DNA of 64,000 bases from Marsupella aquatica (Eukaryota > Plantae > Marchantiophyta), in NCBI GenBank assembly GCA_973895155.1, contig OZ316895.1:15320816-15384815 (forward strand), given 5' to 3'. The position numbers were made by a program, and so were the translations under genes. The notes beneath the pieces were generated by a model. The model was given only the letters and a program-made list of their open reading frames with translations. It searched no databases and was not told the DNA's origin. Shown in pieces: positions 49,081 through 61,500 of this stretch (its first letter is position 1; every line of letters begins with the position of its first letter).

Positions 49081-49791
49081 CCTGAAGTACAATTGTACCT
49101 GAATGGCACAGATTCAATGAAGAGCACTTATCTCTCCTCAGACGACTTGAAGTCTTTCGACAATTCTTTATCATTCGTATTCACTCTCCTACCGAATTTA
49201 TATGCCTATCGTAAGCTGGTATTGTGTTTTCTATTATATGCGGTCCTCTCCTCCTCCGTCCATGATTTCAAAAATAAACTACGTGATAAATTACAAATAT
49301 TTATTCGTTTTTATTTGAAACAAATGATGCTGAGATTAGACTCTTCCATTTAGTTCATGGCAGTGGCCAGCTCGCCCTAAGGTAAATAATCATTAGCCCT
49401 TGGATTATAGATACCATCTCAGATGACAATGTGATGTTAGATACGATACAAGATGAACAAAGCTTTTGATCAAAGTAGTATACCATGCAATATTCCCTGA
49501 TTTTTGCTTTTGATTTGGAAAAAGATTATTTGGTTTCTCCTTGTCTATGACAACAAAAACACTTGGCACAACTATGCCCTGACCTTCTATCAAGATATTG
49601 CACATTTAAATGGGAGGGGAGGGGACGTTTTCTCCCAAGAAGTGGTTGCTGTCCTTTTGGATTGGAAATCACTCGGAAGTTTCAATTTGTCTAACAATTC
49701 AATAGTTTGGATAAAGGGTGTCATTGATGGTCATTGATGGTCTTTTGCATTAAAGGCACCAAAGTAAGGCTAATGTGCTGGAAAGTAGGAT
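49081..49791 (-). mobile_element. ~710-bp dispersed repeat, copy A (decayed coding sequence of unknown family)
   Basis: Shares both ends (CCTGAAGTACAATTGTA ... TAATGTGCT.GAAAGTAGGAT) and internal blocks (GTTCATGGCAGTGGCCA, ATTAGCCCTTGGATTATAG, TATCAAGATATTGCACA, TTGGATTGGAAA) with 54803-55511. Confidence 0.7.
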
Positions 49792-51646
49792 TTCAAAGGG
49801 TGGGTTTTCGAGGACAATATGTAGAGAAATCCTTGCATTGATTGTGAGTAACATCTAGTCCACTCAGTCCAAAGATCCACTCAAGAGACATAGGCTGAAA
49901 TTGGTTTGGCACAAACCCAGGGAACCACAGCTTGCACCTTCCAAGCAAAAGCTCCATAAAAAGACACAGTATGCCCCCAACATTAACCCTCATTGTCATT
50001 ATTGTCACCCTCACCCCACCCATTGAGGGAGGGCTCGGTCTGACCCTCACCTCACCCACTGGTGTATTTTTTAGGTGTGAGTTTTGCCAAATTTCACCTC
50101 CCCCAAAAGTGGGCTAAAATTTGCTAGATTCTTTCTATGTCATTTGCCACTTTCCCATCAAATTATGGACCCCATTTTCCAAAATCTAACGGTCATCCAT
50201 AAATATAGGGATATCTGACAAGCAGGATATAATCCAGGAAAAATTTGACAAAGAATATTTCTAGCATCTCCTCCCTTAGAATGGCAGACACTCGTCACAC
50301 TGGCTAAAAACAAAAAACCTTAAAACCCACATCATTGTCACTTGATATAGGAGTGGGATCTTGAGTGCAATGTGATTTGTTTGGCATACTTTGGAAACTT
50401 TAACTCAATGAGTTGGGAACTAATTAAAAAGATGGGAGAAAGGAACATGGGAAAGGGCATCAGGACCATGGGAAAAGGTATCACGGTAAACTATGTCAGT
50501 GGACAAACATTGTATGAAAGGGCAATGGACAAACGGGACTGGACGGACACCACGGAGGAATAAGAGTGGGTAACTTGGGGAGGTGGGGGGAGGCCAAATG
50601 TCCGTGCATGTGGGAGTCGAGGATGCCAGTGAGGGTTAGAGGCTTGGTTAGAGGCATCATCTCAAATAATTTTTTCACTCAAGTGAAGCCAATGTAGGCC
50701 TAACTCAGGTATAGTGCGGGTTAAGAGATCTACTCAATAGGGCACGGTGTGTGCCTTGCAGTTTTGTTCTAACATGTATGAGTCATATGCCCTTGTGGAT
50801 GATTGTAGTTTCTATCTAGCAATAATAATGTTTATTTTATCTTTCTCTGACCAATCAATTTTGCAATTCTTCACACTCATTTAGTTCATTAAACTATGAA
50901 AGTCATGTTTTGACAAGTTATTTTCTTGGAAATATACCTCACAAAACATTAATAGATACATGTACTCAATTTTAATGAGTTTCAATTGTTATCTTATTCA
51001 TATATGATTGATCCTGGTAGTGTAAAAATAATTTTTGCACCTGTACATTGCCTCAGGTGGGGCCTTAGGGCACATAAAACTAACTTCATTGTAGAAACCC
51101 TTGGGCAACTATTACGTTGTATAGGTGAGTGTAATATCCCCCCAAAAAACCAGATCAAACAAAAGCAATCATCATGTAGAGTCATGTTGAAATGGAATTG
51201 GGTTCTTGTTGATCAAAGTATACCAGAAAACATGTGAAAGTTAGCACTACCTAAGTAGCCCCACAAAGGATTGCACCGTCCTGAACTGTTTGCGATCAAT
51301 GTCATAATTTTGTAGCAGCTTTTGCAAAATTTGATTAGAAACTAAGTAAACATTGACCTATCTATGTTTTCAGAGAAAATTTGATACATTCCTGCCAATG
51401 CTCCAAACCCTCCAAGGTTTTCCTAACGTGGAACTCCAAATTTGTCTATCGCATCAGTAATTCTCAAAATTGATTGATTACATGTCACAAGTCATGATGA
51501 GTTGTCAGGTGAGTTGTCACTGATAGTTTTGTCTCACATTAACCAAATGGTATTCAACTAACCAGCTTGATATTTGAGTAAAGAACCTATAATTGTAACT
51601 GCTACTACATAAGACATGTGATATGAAAGACACTTGACTTTGCACT

Positions 51647-51735
51647 GGACTTTGGGTTCTTTCAACACCTTTTGATGAGCCCTTGAGTGGGGACTTTGGG
51701 TTATTTCAACACCTCTTAATGAGCCCTTGCGTGGG
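51647..51735. repeat. 44-bp tandem duplication
   Basis: GGACTTTGGGTT.TTTCAACACCT.TT.ATGAGCCCTTG.GTGGG x2. Confidence 0.9.
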
Positions 51736-52589
51736 AACTATTTTTTGTCAAGATGCAATGCAACTGAATTACTCTTTTTTCTGCAACTGAACATACTATG
51801 GTGACTACCAACTGGTTTGTTAAGGTAAGTAGGAAGCAACCAAATGGAGCTCCAGCCACCAAACCAGTCCATCACCAGTATGCTAACTGCCAGCACACTA
51901 ACTTTTTTTCTAGAGCAGGCTTGCACAGTCACACTCACTGCCTTCCCTCCCTTCCATCTTCACCCCCAGTATTACTCACAGGTGCTCCCGGTCATGGGTC
52001 ATCACCACCCTGTCCGCCTTCTGCTGCTATTGCTGGGCATTACACACGTTGTCCTTCCTCAGATTTGCTCAGACAGCTACCCTGCCTTCTTCCCAACTTT
52101 TCTATTCCTCTTGTCTTTTCGTTCATCTTCCCACCCCCTTTAGACATTCTCTCCCTAAGAGTGTTGGTGCTTCCCTTCACTAGTCCTGCTGCTCTTGAGC
52201 AACAGTCATTGCACAACTTGGGTGGTCTCTTGAATTTTCTGTTTCTCTTGCTCTTCCTTCCTCTTCTCTTCCTCTATTCCTCTGCCCTTTAAATTTTGAG
52301 TACTCTCAAGAATGGGCAATTCATGGGGGGCAAGCAAAACAACAGGAAAGACCTAGCCAGAGAGGGAGAGAACCAACTTGGGCTTTGAAAGAGCAGTGAC
52401 CTAGATCAGAAGGCAGTGTAGCATGACAAATTGTGACCCCAGTTGTGACTGAGTGAGAGAGACTCAAAGAGATTGTGAAATTGTGAGCAATAGACAGCAA
52501 CTGAAGTGGACCCCCTGATCGAATTCACATCTTGAACATCTTAGAGGGGGCTTAGAGACGCAAACTAAGGGCAGGACCAAAGAGAAAGA

Positions 52590-55500
52590 ATGACTGCGCC
52601 AATGTCTCCTCCTCCTACCCCATCACTCTCGCCTGAGTCACCTCCTCAGCTAGCTCAGGCAACAGCAGGAGACCTTCCACCCCCTCCTCCACCTCCGCTT
52701 TCTGATCTCAACCTGCTACAATCTGCTGTCAATTCACCCAATCCACCACCGAATCCACCATCCACGGAAAGGCAGCAGCAGCAGCAGCAGCTTGTGAACA
52801 ACAACCCTTCGGGGGAGGAGTCAGCAGTGCGGGTGGCAGTGCGTGCGAGGCCACTTATAGAGAAGGAAATCATGGAGAAATGTGGGGAGTGTGTGGCATA
52901 CTCTCTAGATTGCAGACAGATTGTCCTCGGAAAGGATCGCAGGTTTACATTTGATTACGTTTTTGGGCCCGTGGTCGGCCAAGAGGAGGTCTACATGGAC
53001 TGTGTCAAGCCTCTTGTAGACAGCTGTGTTGCTGGGTATGATGCAAACCACTTTGATCCTTGCCCTTGCAAAGAAAGACCAACCTCTTTAATGATTTTTC
53101 AAGGAAACTAACTTTGAGTCCCCTTTGATAATAGCATGTTTATGTGATGACCTAATTCACAATATTTAACTAAAACCATGTACTCCTGCCTCTAAATGCT
53201 GCCTCCAAAGTTGGACTGAGATCATAACTTCACATATGGAATCTGTGTAGCCCTCTATTGCTGGACAAGATATATAAGATAACCAAAATGGAGAGAATGC
53301 TACTGTTGGATTCTAACAAATTCCAATGATAAGAGATATCCCTTGTGTGTTTCTCATTGCTTGGATGATTAATCATACTTGTCAGATTTTGCATATACAA
53401 TTTTAGGGTTTTGGACATAATTATTGTCTGGTGTCCATTTGCAATTGTTGCATATGGAAAGCATTCCAATGAATAATATTCTGCATAATTGTAGGAGTCA
53501 GATGGGAGAGGGATCTAAGAAACTCCAATTGACTAAAATTACTCAGTGCTCAGACACACTCAATTCGAATCCAAAGAGCACCCACCCATGCAATTTGCTA
53601 ATGATTGTGAAGGGTGACCAAAAGCAGAGCATTGCCCATCAACACACCATATTTATGGATCCATAGTTCATTGCATAAGGAGTGACAGAACATATTAGGT
53701 TTCAATCTTAAATAAAGTAGAGACATCAACAATGCATTACTATTACATGCCTAAAGGCAAGGTTGATAAGACATGGCACTTTCTCACTCAGTAGAGTTAA
53801 GAGTTCTGCCCACCTGCTAAACAATGAAGATATTCATGACAGCAGTTGTTAAGACAATGAGTCTAAACAATCCTGAAATGGGATCAGAGAACAATTATGT
53901 CAAGGTGGACTATATACCAACTACACCGGGCATAAATTTGACTAGGAACCCTTCTATTCAAGAGAAGATTAGATGAAAAGAATTTCTGAAAATTGCTTTT
54001 GAAATAGAACTCCCCTCTCCCCCCCTTCCCTTGTTTCTTTTTCATGGTGGTCCATTTTGTAATTCAATGTGGTCATTTTTTGTTAATGTTATATGAACTA
54101 ACCGTAAATATGAAATCAATTGAGAATAAATTTGGATGCAATTATGCAATCCTCTCCTGGAGATGTAGGGATTGCAATGTGAAGACTAAGCTTGCATTGA
54201 TCATTACAATTACACCATTCATTGCTATTAGTCTGGTCTGATATTGTAAAGAGTTTTAGCTGGAAATAGTGTTTGTAAAGTGTACATCAGCAATGGAGAG
54301 TTATTACTCTTAATTGGTGTGCAATCTTAACACTAACTTCCATGTTGTTCAAGACAACACTGATCTATCAGTAAGGCCATATTAGAACTCAATTGCATGC
54401 CTCATTTTTTGATACTCTACACCATTTAATAAAGTCTGCAAATGGATGTGCACAGCAAGCATGAATTTTGGCTTTTGACTTACATTTTTTTAAAGACATA
54501 TCTTGTCGAAACTCAATTGTCAAACTTTCAGTAGAAATACGGAGGGTCAAATTATGCAGGGCCGGAATAAGCATTATGTAACAAAGTATATTATGTGCAC
54601 ACTAGTAGTGTTTCTTGCTCTAAATTTACAGTGACACCAAGTTGGGCAAAGCCCTTCAGAAGGTCCAATGCTCATTTTCAGTAAGAGTAATGGTAAACGT
54701 GTTTTCCTATAGAGTGTGAAAGCGTCACTATTATAAACATTAAGTAGAGTGATACTTAGTGTGATAAGTAGTGGGATACTTAATGATAATAATTGTCCTC
54801 TACCTGAAGTACAATTGTATATAAACCTCTCCTCTTTGGGCACTTGAAATCTCTTAAAAGACATTAAACTTCACATTCACTCTCCTACCAAATTTCTATG
54901 CCTGTTTTAAGCTGATATTAATGCTTGTGCTACATTTGTTCACCACTCCATATTACATGGTTTCTTTCCATGAAATGAAAACGAGTCAACTCTTCAACTT
55001 CGTTCATGGCAGTGGCCATCTTGCCCTAAGCTAAGCAAAGATTAGCCCTTGGATTATAGGTGCCATCATTAGTAAGTTCCATATATAAGGGACAAGATGA
55101 AAAATATATCTTTTAATTTTGGAACTATTTCACGAGTAAGTTTTTGCTTTGTCACTTTGGAAACATTCCTTGGTTTACATTTCCAATGAGGAGAAAATTA
55201 GGTGGAGACAAGGAAATACTGTCAAATTGATGCCTGGGCTCCTTTATCAAGATATTGCACACTGCCATAAATTGGAGGGCCATGGTCCCAATAAATGGTT
55301 AGATATATCCTGTTGGATTGGAAAATCTTTGCTAAGCTATATTACTTTTTCCTTTTGCCGGGAATTGATAATTGTATAGCAGATATCCTTGCTAAGTTTC
55401 AGTATGTCTACGAATTCAACAGGGTTGGATGAGAAGATAGAGAAGGGTGGGTGTCATGATCCTTTTGTATCATAGGCACCAAAGTGATGTTAATGTGCTA

Positions 55501-58500
55501 GAAAGTAGGATGTTGCATAAATGCACATTCCTCTCAGTTCCTTCAAATTTGTGGAAGACTCCTCATGTGCCTCAGCCATACGAAATCATAACATTGTTAC
55601 TGCATCTACAGGCGCAAAACATATACACAAGGCAGTAGCAATACTTTGAGCCTGAGGGGATGAAGGACGAAGAAAACCCCTTTCAATTTTCAGCTTTGTG
55701 AGCTTTGGATATCATCCTCACAGGGTTACACAAATTTGTAGGTACAACGCAACTGTCCTTGCATATGGGCAGACTGGATCTGGCAAGACCCACACTATGG
55801 GATGTGGCAACAATACATCTCTATTGGAAGAGGAGCTGGGCATACTTCCACGGGCCATACGCCAACTCTACGAAAGTATAGAGGAGCGCAACAATCAGGC
55901 TGAGTTTCTTGTAAGTATTCCCTCGTCTTCAACTCCCAGTACTTAGAGACCCTGAAAATTCTTGATAAGTATGCTGCTGATAGTACCGTGTAGCCTAACA
56001 AAGCTACAAATCACTACATGATGATGGACATCTAATCTCAGACCTGACTATAGGTGACAGAATACTGTTTTGAAAGAGTAGGATGAGCTGTTCTGAGGGT
56101 TGCCGATACTGGCATCATTTATTTCAGTCTGACGAAAAAACCAGATTAGTGTTTGAAAAGTACCAGCACTTAATTAAAATTAGGGGTGGAAAGGCAAGGG
56201 ATAGAGACTGCATGAATATGTAAGTTCAATCTCCAGGGACATCTACCAGAGTTGGGGGTGAGTGGCCAGGAATGGACTCTTAGGGTGTGGAGGATGGAGA
56301 AGGAAATGAGATTATGATGAAATGTTGATTCCATAATTTGAGGGTTCCAAAAAGTGAGAATTTAATTCAGCCTGGTGATCTCCAGGCCTGCCGTAGAGAG
56401 CTGAGTCAAGAAGGTTTGTAGTACTATTTCAATATTTCTTGCTAATACAACTCGATATTTGACTCAGGTAAGATGTGCATTTGTTGAGATTTACAACGAG
56501 GAGATAAAGGATCTTCTACATCCAGACACTCCGTCGAAGTCGATATCAATTCGTGAAGATGCAAATGGGGATATCATCTTGGCTGGAGTGAAGGAGGAAG
56601 TTGTGACTAACTATGATTGTATGATGCGGTAATCTTGCTTGTGTGCTGCCCCTGGCCTCTTCTTTCAAATTGAAAACTTGTAATATTTGTCTTCATAACT
56701 TGAACACTTTAGGTCATCCTCTTGAAAGATGTAGATTTATTTTCACCGTGTTTTTGTTTGCTGTGGTATGCCCGGGTGGATAAAGAAAGGAAACCTTGTT
56801 CACTTGTTGTTAAAAGTGCTTTGACACCATCTTTCCTCACGCAGACCTCAGTATAATAAATATCTATTATGGATTATTCGTTCATGATTGCAGGTTTTTG
56901 GAGCATGGATCAGTGTTCCGAACAACAGGGAGTACACTCATGAATCAGCAGTCAAGTAGGTCACACGCGATCTTCACTATTATCGTTGAACAGCGCTCGG
57001 TCCTCAATGATGCCACTAATGGGGATGTCATTACAGCCAAGTTCCACCTGGTAGGGTCCCCTTCTCAGCATTGTCTAGAGAGCATTGGCAAATTGTTGAA
57101 CCTGACAACAGGACGTTCTCTAATGGAGTGATAAAAAAAGAAGGCCTCCACTTAACTTCATTGCTTCTTATTTACATATAGACATTAGCTAGTCAGCCTT
57201 AAAGCTGTATAAATAGCATTGTGGAGACAATCTAATTGGTGGGTTCAATCTCTCAGGTTGACTTGGCTGGCTCAGAGAGAGCCAAGAGAACAGGTGCAGT
57301 AGGGTTGCGCTTCAAGGAATCTGTCACAATCAACTGTGGTCTCCTGGCTCTGGGTAACGTCATCAGGTTGGCAGTTTCTCTAAAACATTTTGATTGAATA
57401 TTGTTCTCATAACCTTATATGCTCTCCAAAAATCAGACCAAATCTTGCTCAAGACAATAGTACTTAGGGTAACAGATATTGACTTTCCTCATTGGACGTC
57501 CTTCTAAGTGGGCATGGGGCATTGGTCTGAAATGATTTGTATATAATTGTTAATCTTCCATTTGACATTGGCTTGCATCAACTCTTGTACTGGGCAGTGC
57601 TTTGGGTGATGAGCGCAAAAGGGGTCATCATGTTCCATATCGAGAGTCTAAGCTTACTCGGTTGCTTCAGGTGTGTCAATCAACCAGTTGTTCGTTCCCG
57701 ACTATCTTCAATATTTCTTGGGACGGTTTCATACTACATTTTAGGATGCTGGGCGCTTGATAGGTGCTCAAAATGAAGGCATTTTACATCACTCTTGGAG
57801 GCATTGCATATCTTATACAGGTTTACATCGAATACATCTATAACTTTAAACATATGTCATTCACGACAAAAGAAATTTGCAAAGATCCATGTGCCATCTC
57901 TAGTCTGCTGCATTTGGGCATGGATATAACACTTGCAGGACACTCAAACAGTCTTATCTGTCTAGATGGATAGTAAGCAACATGGCCTGTAGTTCGAGAG
58001 TATATACTTTGCAACCCTGAATGCAAGGTGAATCAAGGGATTTCTTGATACCACTGATCATCAGATCTTGTTAACTACACTTCCAGCGTACTCATACCCT
58101 TACAAAGAATCACTTGGAACTACGTTCTGAATTGTCAACTTGCATCATGGGCGTCTTGACTACTTCAAAAATAATTTTACTCCATTTGATCCCATCTTCA
58201 TGTATTGCAGGGCTGGCAGTCTATGATGCATCACACGGGAGGTTAATCTGAAATTTTTCTCCAATGTTGCAGGATTCTCTTGGAGGGAACAGCAGGACTT
58301 GCATGATAGCTTGCATCAGGTAACTCGAGCTAAGCAGGTTGCTTAGTAGATTCAAGTTAGGATAAGATTTCAAGCAGAGAATGTTCATACGAAGCAGGTT
58401 TAGTGATGTCTTTCTCAAAGATTATGGCAGTAGTGTCTGAAATTCATTAATTACTTGCTTTAGATATGGCACCTTAATTGCCAGGGTAAGTGCAGATTTG

Positions 58501-61500
58501 GAAGATGTAGATTCAGGGAAAGTGGACTTTTCGCATTTTCCCAGGGTATCAGGGATATATTCTCCATGACGTAGTCACAGACCACCTAAGGGTTTCTGTT
58601 TCATTACATCCAACTTTCGAACTTGATGATTGTTCAGCTGAATAAGTACTGATGCTCAGTGCCGTCGTCTCGCTGAAAAACAGTACAGCGGACACTAACT
58701 TCGAAGAGACGTTAAATACATTGAAGTATGCGAACCGTGCTCGAAACATTCGCAACACCCCTGTCATCAACCGGGATCCTCAGACACAACAGCTGAACCA
58801 GCTCAGACTTGAAGTTCGAGTAAGTTTTTATTTCTTGATACACATCAAAGTGGGTCAAAGATTCTCAAATTCACGTCAGTCTCCCAGGCAATATTAACAG
58901 TGATATCAAAAGGACATAAATAGATAAACCATCAGAACTGAAGCAGTCCGTGGGTGACTAATGTTTTGTCACTGCTTTTGAGGGGAGTAATGTTTTGTAA
59001 TACTGTTAGTATCCTTTCAATCTCCTATGTTTCATTCTGTGAATGTTCGGTCATGCTGGTACAGGCCTTGCAAGTTGAGTTGTTGAACTCGCGCTTGAGG
59101 AGCATGGGGAAAGAGCCAGTGACTGGACCTCAGAGTTTGGAAACACTTCTGGAGGACGAGTCGCACCGTCAATTCCTCGATGATGTTAGGCAAGTTCATG
59201 TCCCGTTTCTTTGTCAGTTTGCAAGTTAGGATGTTCTGAAAATGTCATGGGCGCATGTCACAAGACGCCAAATGTACAGCGCACTAGTTTCCAATTGGAT
59301 ATACAATATATACTGAGAAATGAAGTCCTTTTGAATGATTATCGACTTCTTGTGCCCTCAGAACCTGCTCGACTAAAGATTTCTCTGACCTGCTGAGTAA
59401 ATACGTGATTTGAATGTGGACACTGCTTTGGAAATTCAATGCTGAAGTGAAATCACAATTTAATCAAAAGTTGACGGTCCTTTCATTGAAAGTCTGAGAA
59501 GAATATGCCTGACAAGCATGTTCTCATGGGTCCACTTCAACCTGCAGATCAAGGGCTGATGAAACAGCAGATGTCTCAGCTGAATTGTTAACAGTTCGCC
59601 GCAAAAGTCGTGAGGGGGAGCAAGAGTGTGCCAGACTAAAGCAAGATATGAAGGCCTGTTGATAGAACCAGTATCCTTGTGTATTTTTTCAAAATGCTAG
59701 TCAATGCAAATCGTGTTTCAGACGTGGTCACATGTGCACTGAGTAACCCACCTCGTCATCTGCAAGCTAACTCATTTCATTGGACACAAGAACAGAAATT
59801 GGAGTCTCTCATTGCCAAGTTGCAAGAGGAGATGCTTGAGCTTCGAACCGAGCGAGACCATTACCAGGTCGGTCTTATGAACCATTTCTTTTGATAATCG
59901 TTTTGCTTTTAAGTTAAATAGACTTGCAAAGGGTAAAAACTGAGATTCAGATTTGGATCATAATCATCTAGAAACGTTACTGCCGTTGAGAGGCTTGCCC
60001 CCTGAAAACAGTCATGTCCAAGGCATGCTTAGACATAGGACCAAATTGGATCAGCACGGTGAACTTTGGCCACTGGATCTTATGTAGGATCTCGAGCTTC
60101 CTTATTTAGACAGCCTCACTGAAATCAAGGTCGAGTCTGTGGGAGGCCCTGGAATGGAATGATGGGTGTTCTAATATTCACTTAAACTGCTGAAGTCATT
60201 CTGTACTTTGCTGACAGCTCAAGCTTGACGAGGTCAACACAGAGATGACTGCTCTATTACAAGTTCTCCCAGATTGGGAAAGCACTGGTGTCATTGCTTC
60301 TTCCCCAAGAGCGCATCTTGTGGACTTGACTAAACGATTGACCGGAGATAATGATGGAGAGAGATATGGATTTGACCAGCAGTGCAACTCTCCCAGTGGG
60401 CAGGTTGAGAAACTTTCTAGCATTAATGGGGCTCCTCAAAAGTCTCCAGCAGATAAAGACTCCACGAATGGGGAGAAGGGGTTGGTGAAAGAAGCCGCGG
60501 ATTCCAGTTTCTCGCGTCCAAGATCTCAACCTGATGAAGTGCACTCTGTTACCAATTGCAGAGATTCGCCTGCAAGCCGGAAGTCTGACTCAAGGGTCTG
60601 TAAGACACTGCCACACCTCCTATCAAAAGATGCTAGCTATTCAGTTGTTTTTTCAACGTATAAGTGTCATATAAGAGTCATCTCACCACCCATTGATTAT
60701 TTTAGTGAGTACATTGAACGACTTGACGTCAGCTCATTTTTATTGGTTTTTCTATACTTCCAAAGAAATAGATGATTCTTCCTCCAGTCAACAAAAAGCG
60801 ATGGATGTCCAACTTCCTACGGTAGAACGTCACCCACGTTAGTTATTGTATAGTGATACCTCGCACTAACGATTGGAGATGTCAGTAGTGGCTAGCTCCT
60901 GCTCTCTTACAAAGCCTTGTTATGAATCTATGGGTACAGGGTGCAACTTTGAACTCTCCTGGACGAGGGACAAGCCGAGGCAGTAGGAACATTATTAATC
61001 AGCATCTTCGAACAATTCGAGTGCTAGAAGAGCGGCTGGCGTTGAAAGAGAATGATTTCAAAGTCAAAGATGAGGCTTTGGTAGATGCAAAAGAAGATCT
61101 TGCTCGAGATGAGCGAATTTTTGCTGAAAAGGTACCATTCGTTTGGGTAGCTACAAAAGAGAAGGCTGCTTTTTACTCATCTTTTATTTGAGATCCAATG
61201 CTTCCAATTTATTTCCTCAAGTCACATCTACTAAAGGAAGGTAGTTTTGTTCTTGTGGCCTATGCTTAGTGTTGTAGTCTTTTGATTTTACAGAAGAATA
61301 GTTTTAAGCCTTGTTCAAAGGGAACAAATGACTCTGTGAACTTGCGTGCCACTTTTCTAATGTGCACTCTTACTTGCTGCCTTCTGTCAGATCAAGGAGA
61401 TCAAAGCACTGAAGAAACTTGCACGAGATCTGACAGAAGAGAAGCAACAGTTACTCCAGAAGACAGACTATGATGCTGTAACAATTTCACGGATGTCCGA

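Noticed and set aside
51647-51740. TGATGAGCCC-TTGAGT-GGG resembling a hammerhead ribozyme core with stem II
   Set aside because: It lacks the leading C of CUGAUGA and the required CGAAA; at best a decayed copy that I cannot support.
53140-53230. GTGATGA...CTGA as an intronic C/D snoRNA
   Set aside because: The terminal stem is offset and I see no convincing complementarity to cytosolic rRNA or snRNA.
59671-59678. GTATCCTT matching the U12 5' splice-site consensus
   Set aside because: It lies downstream of two in-frame stops, and no U12 branch motif (TCCTTAAC) follows.
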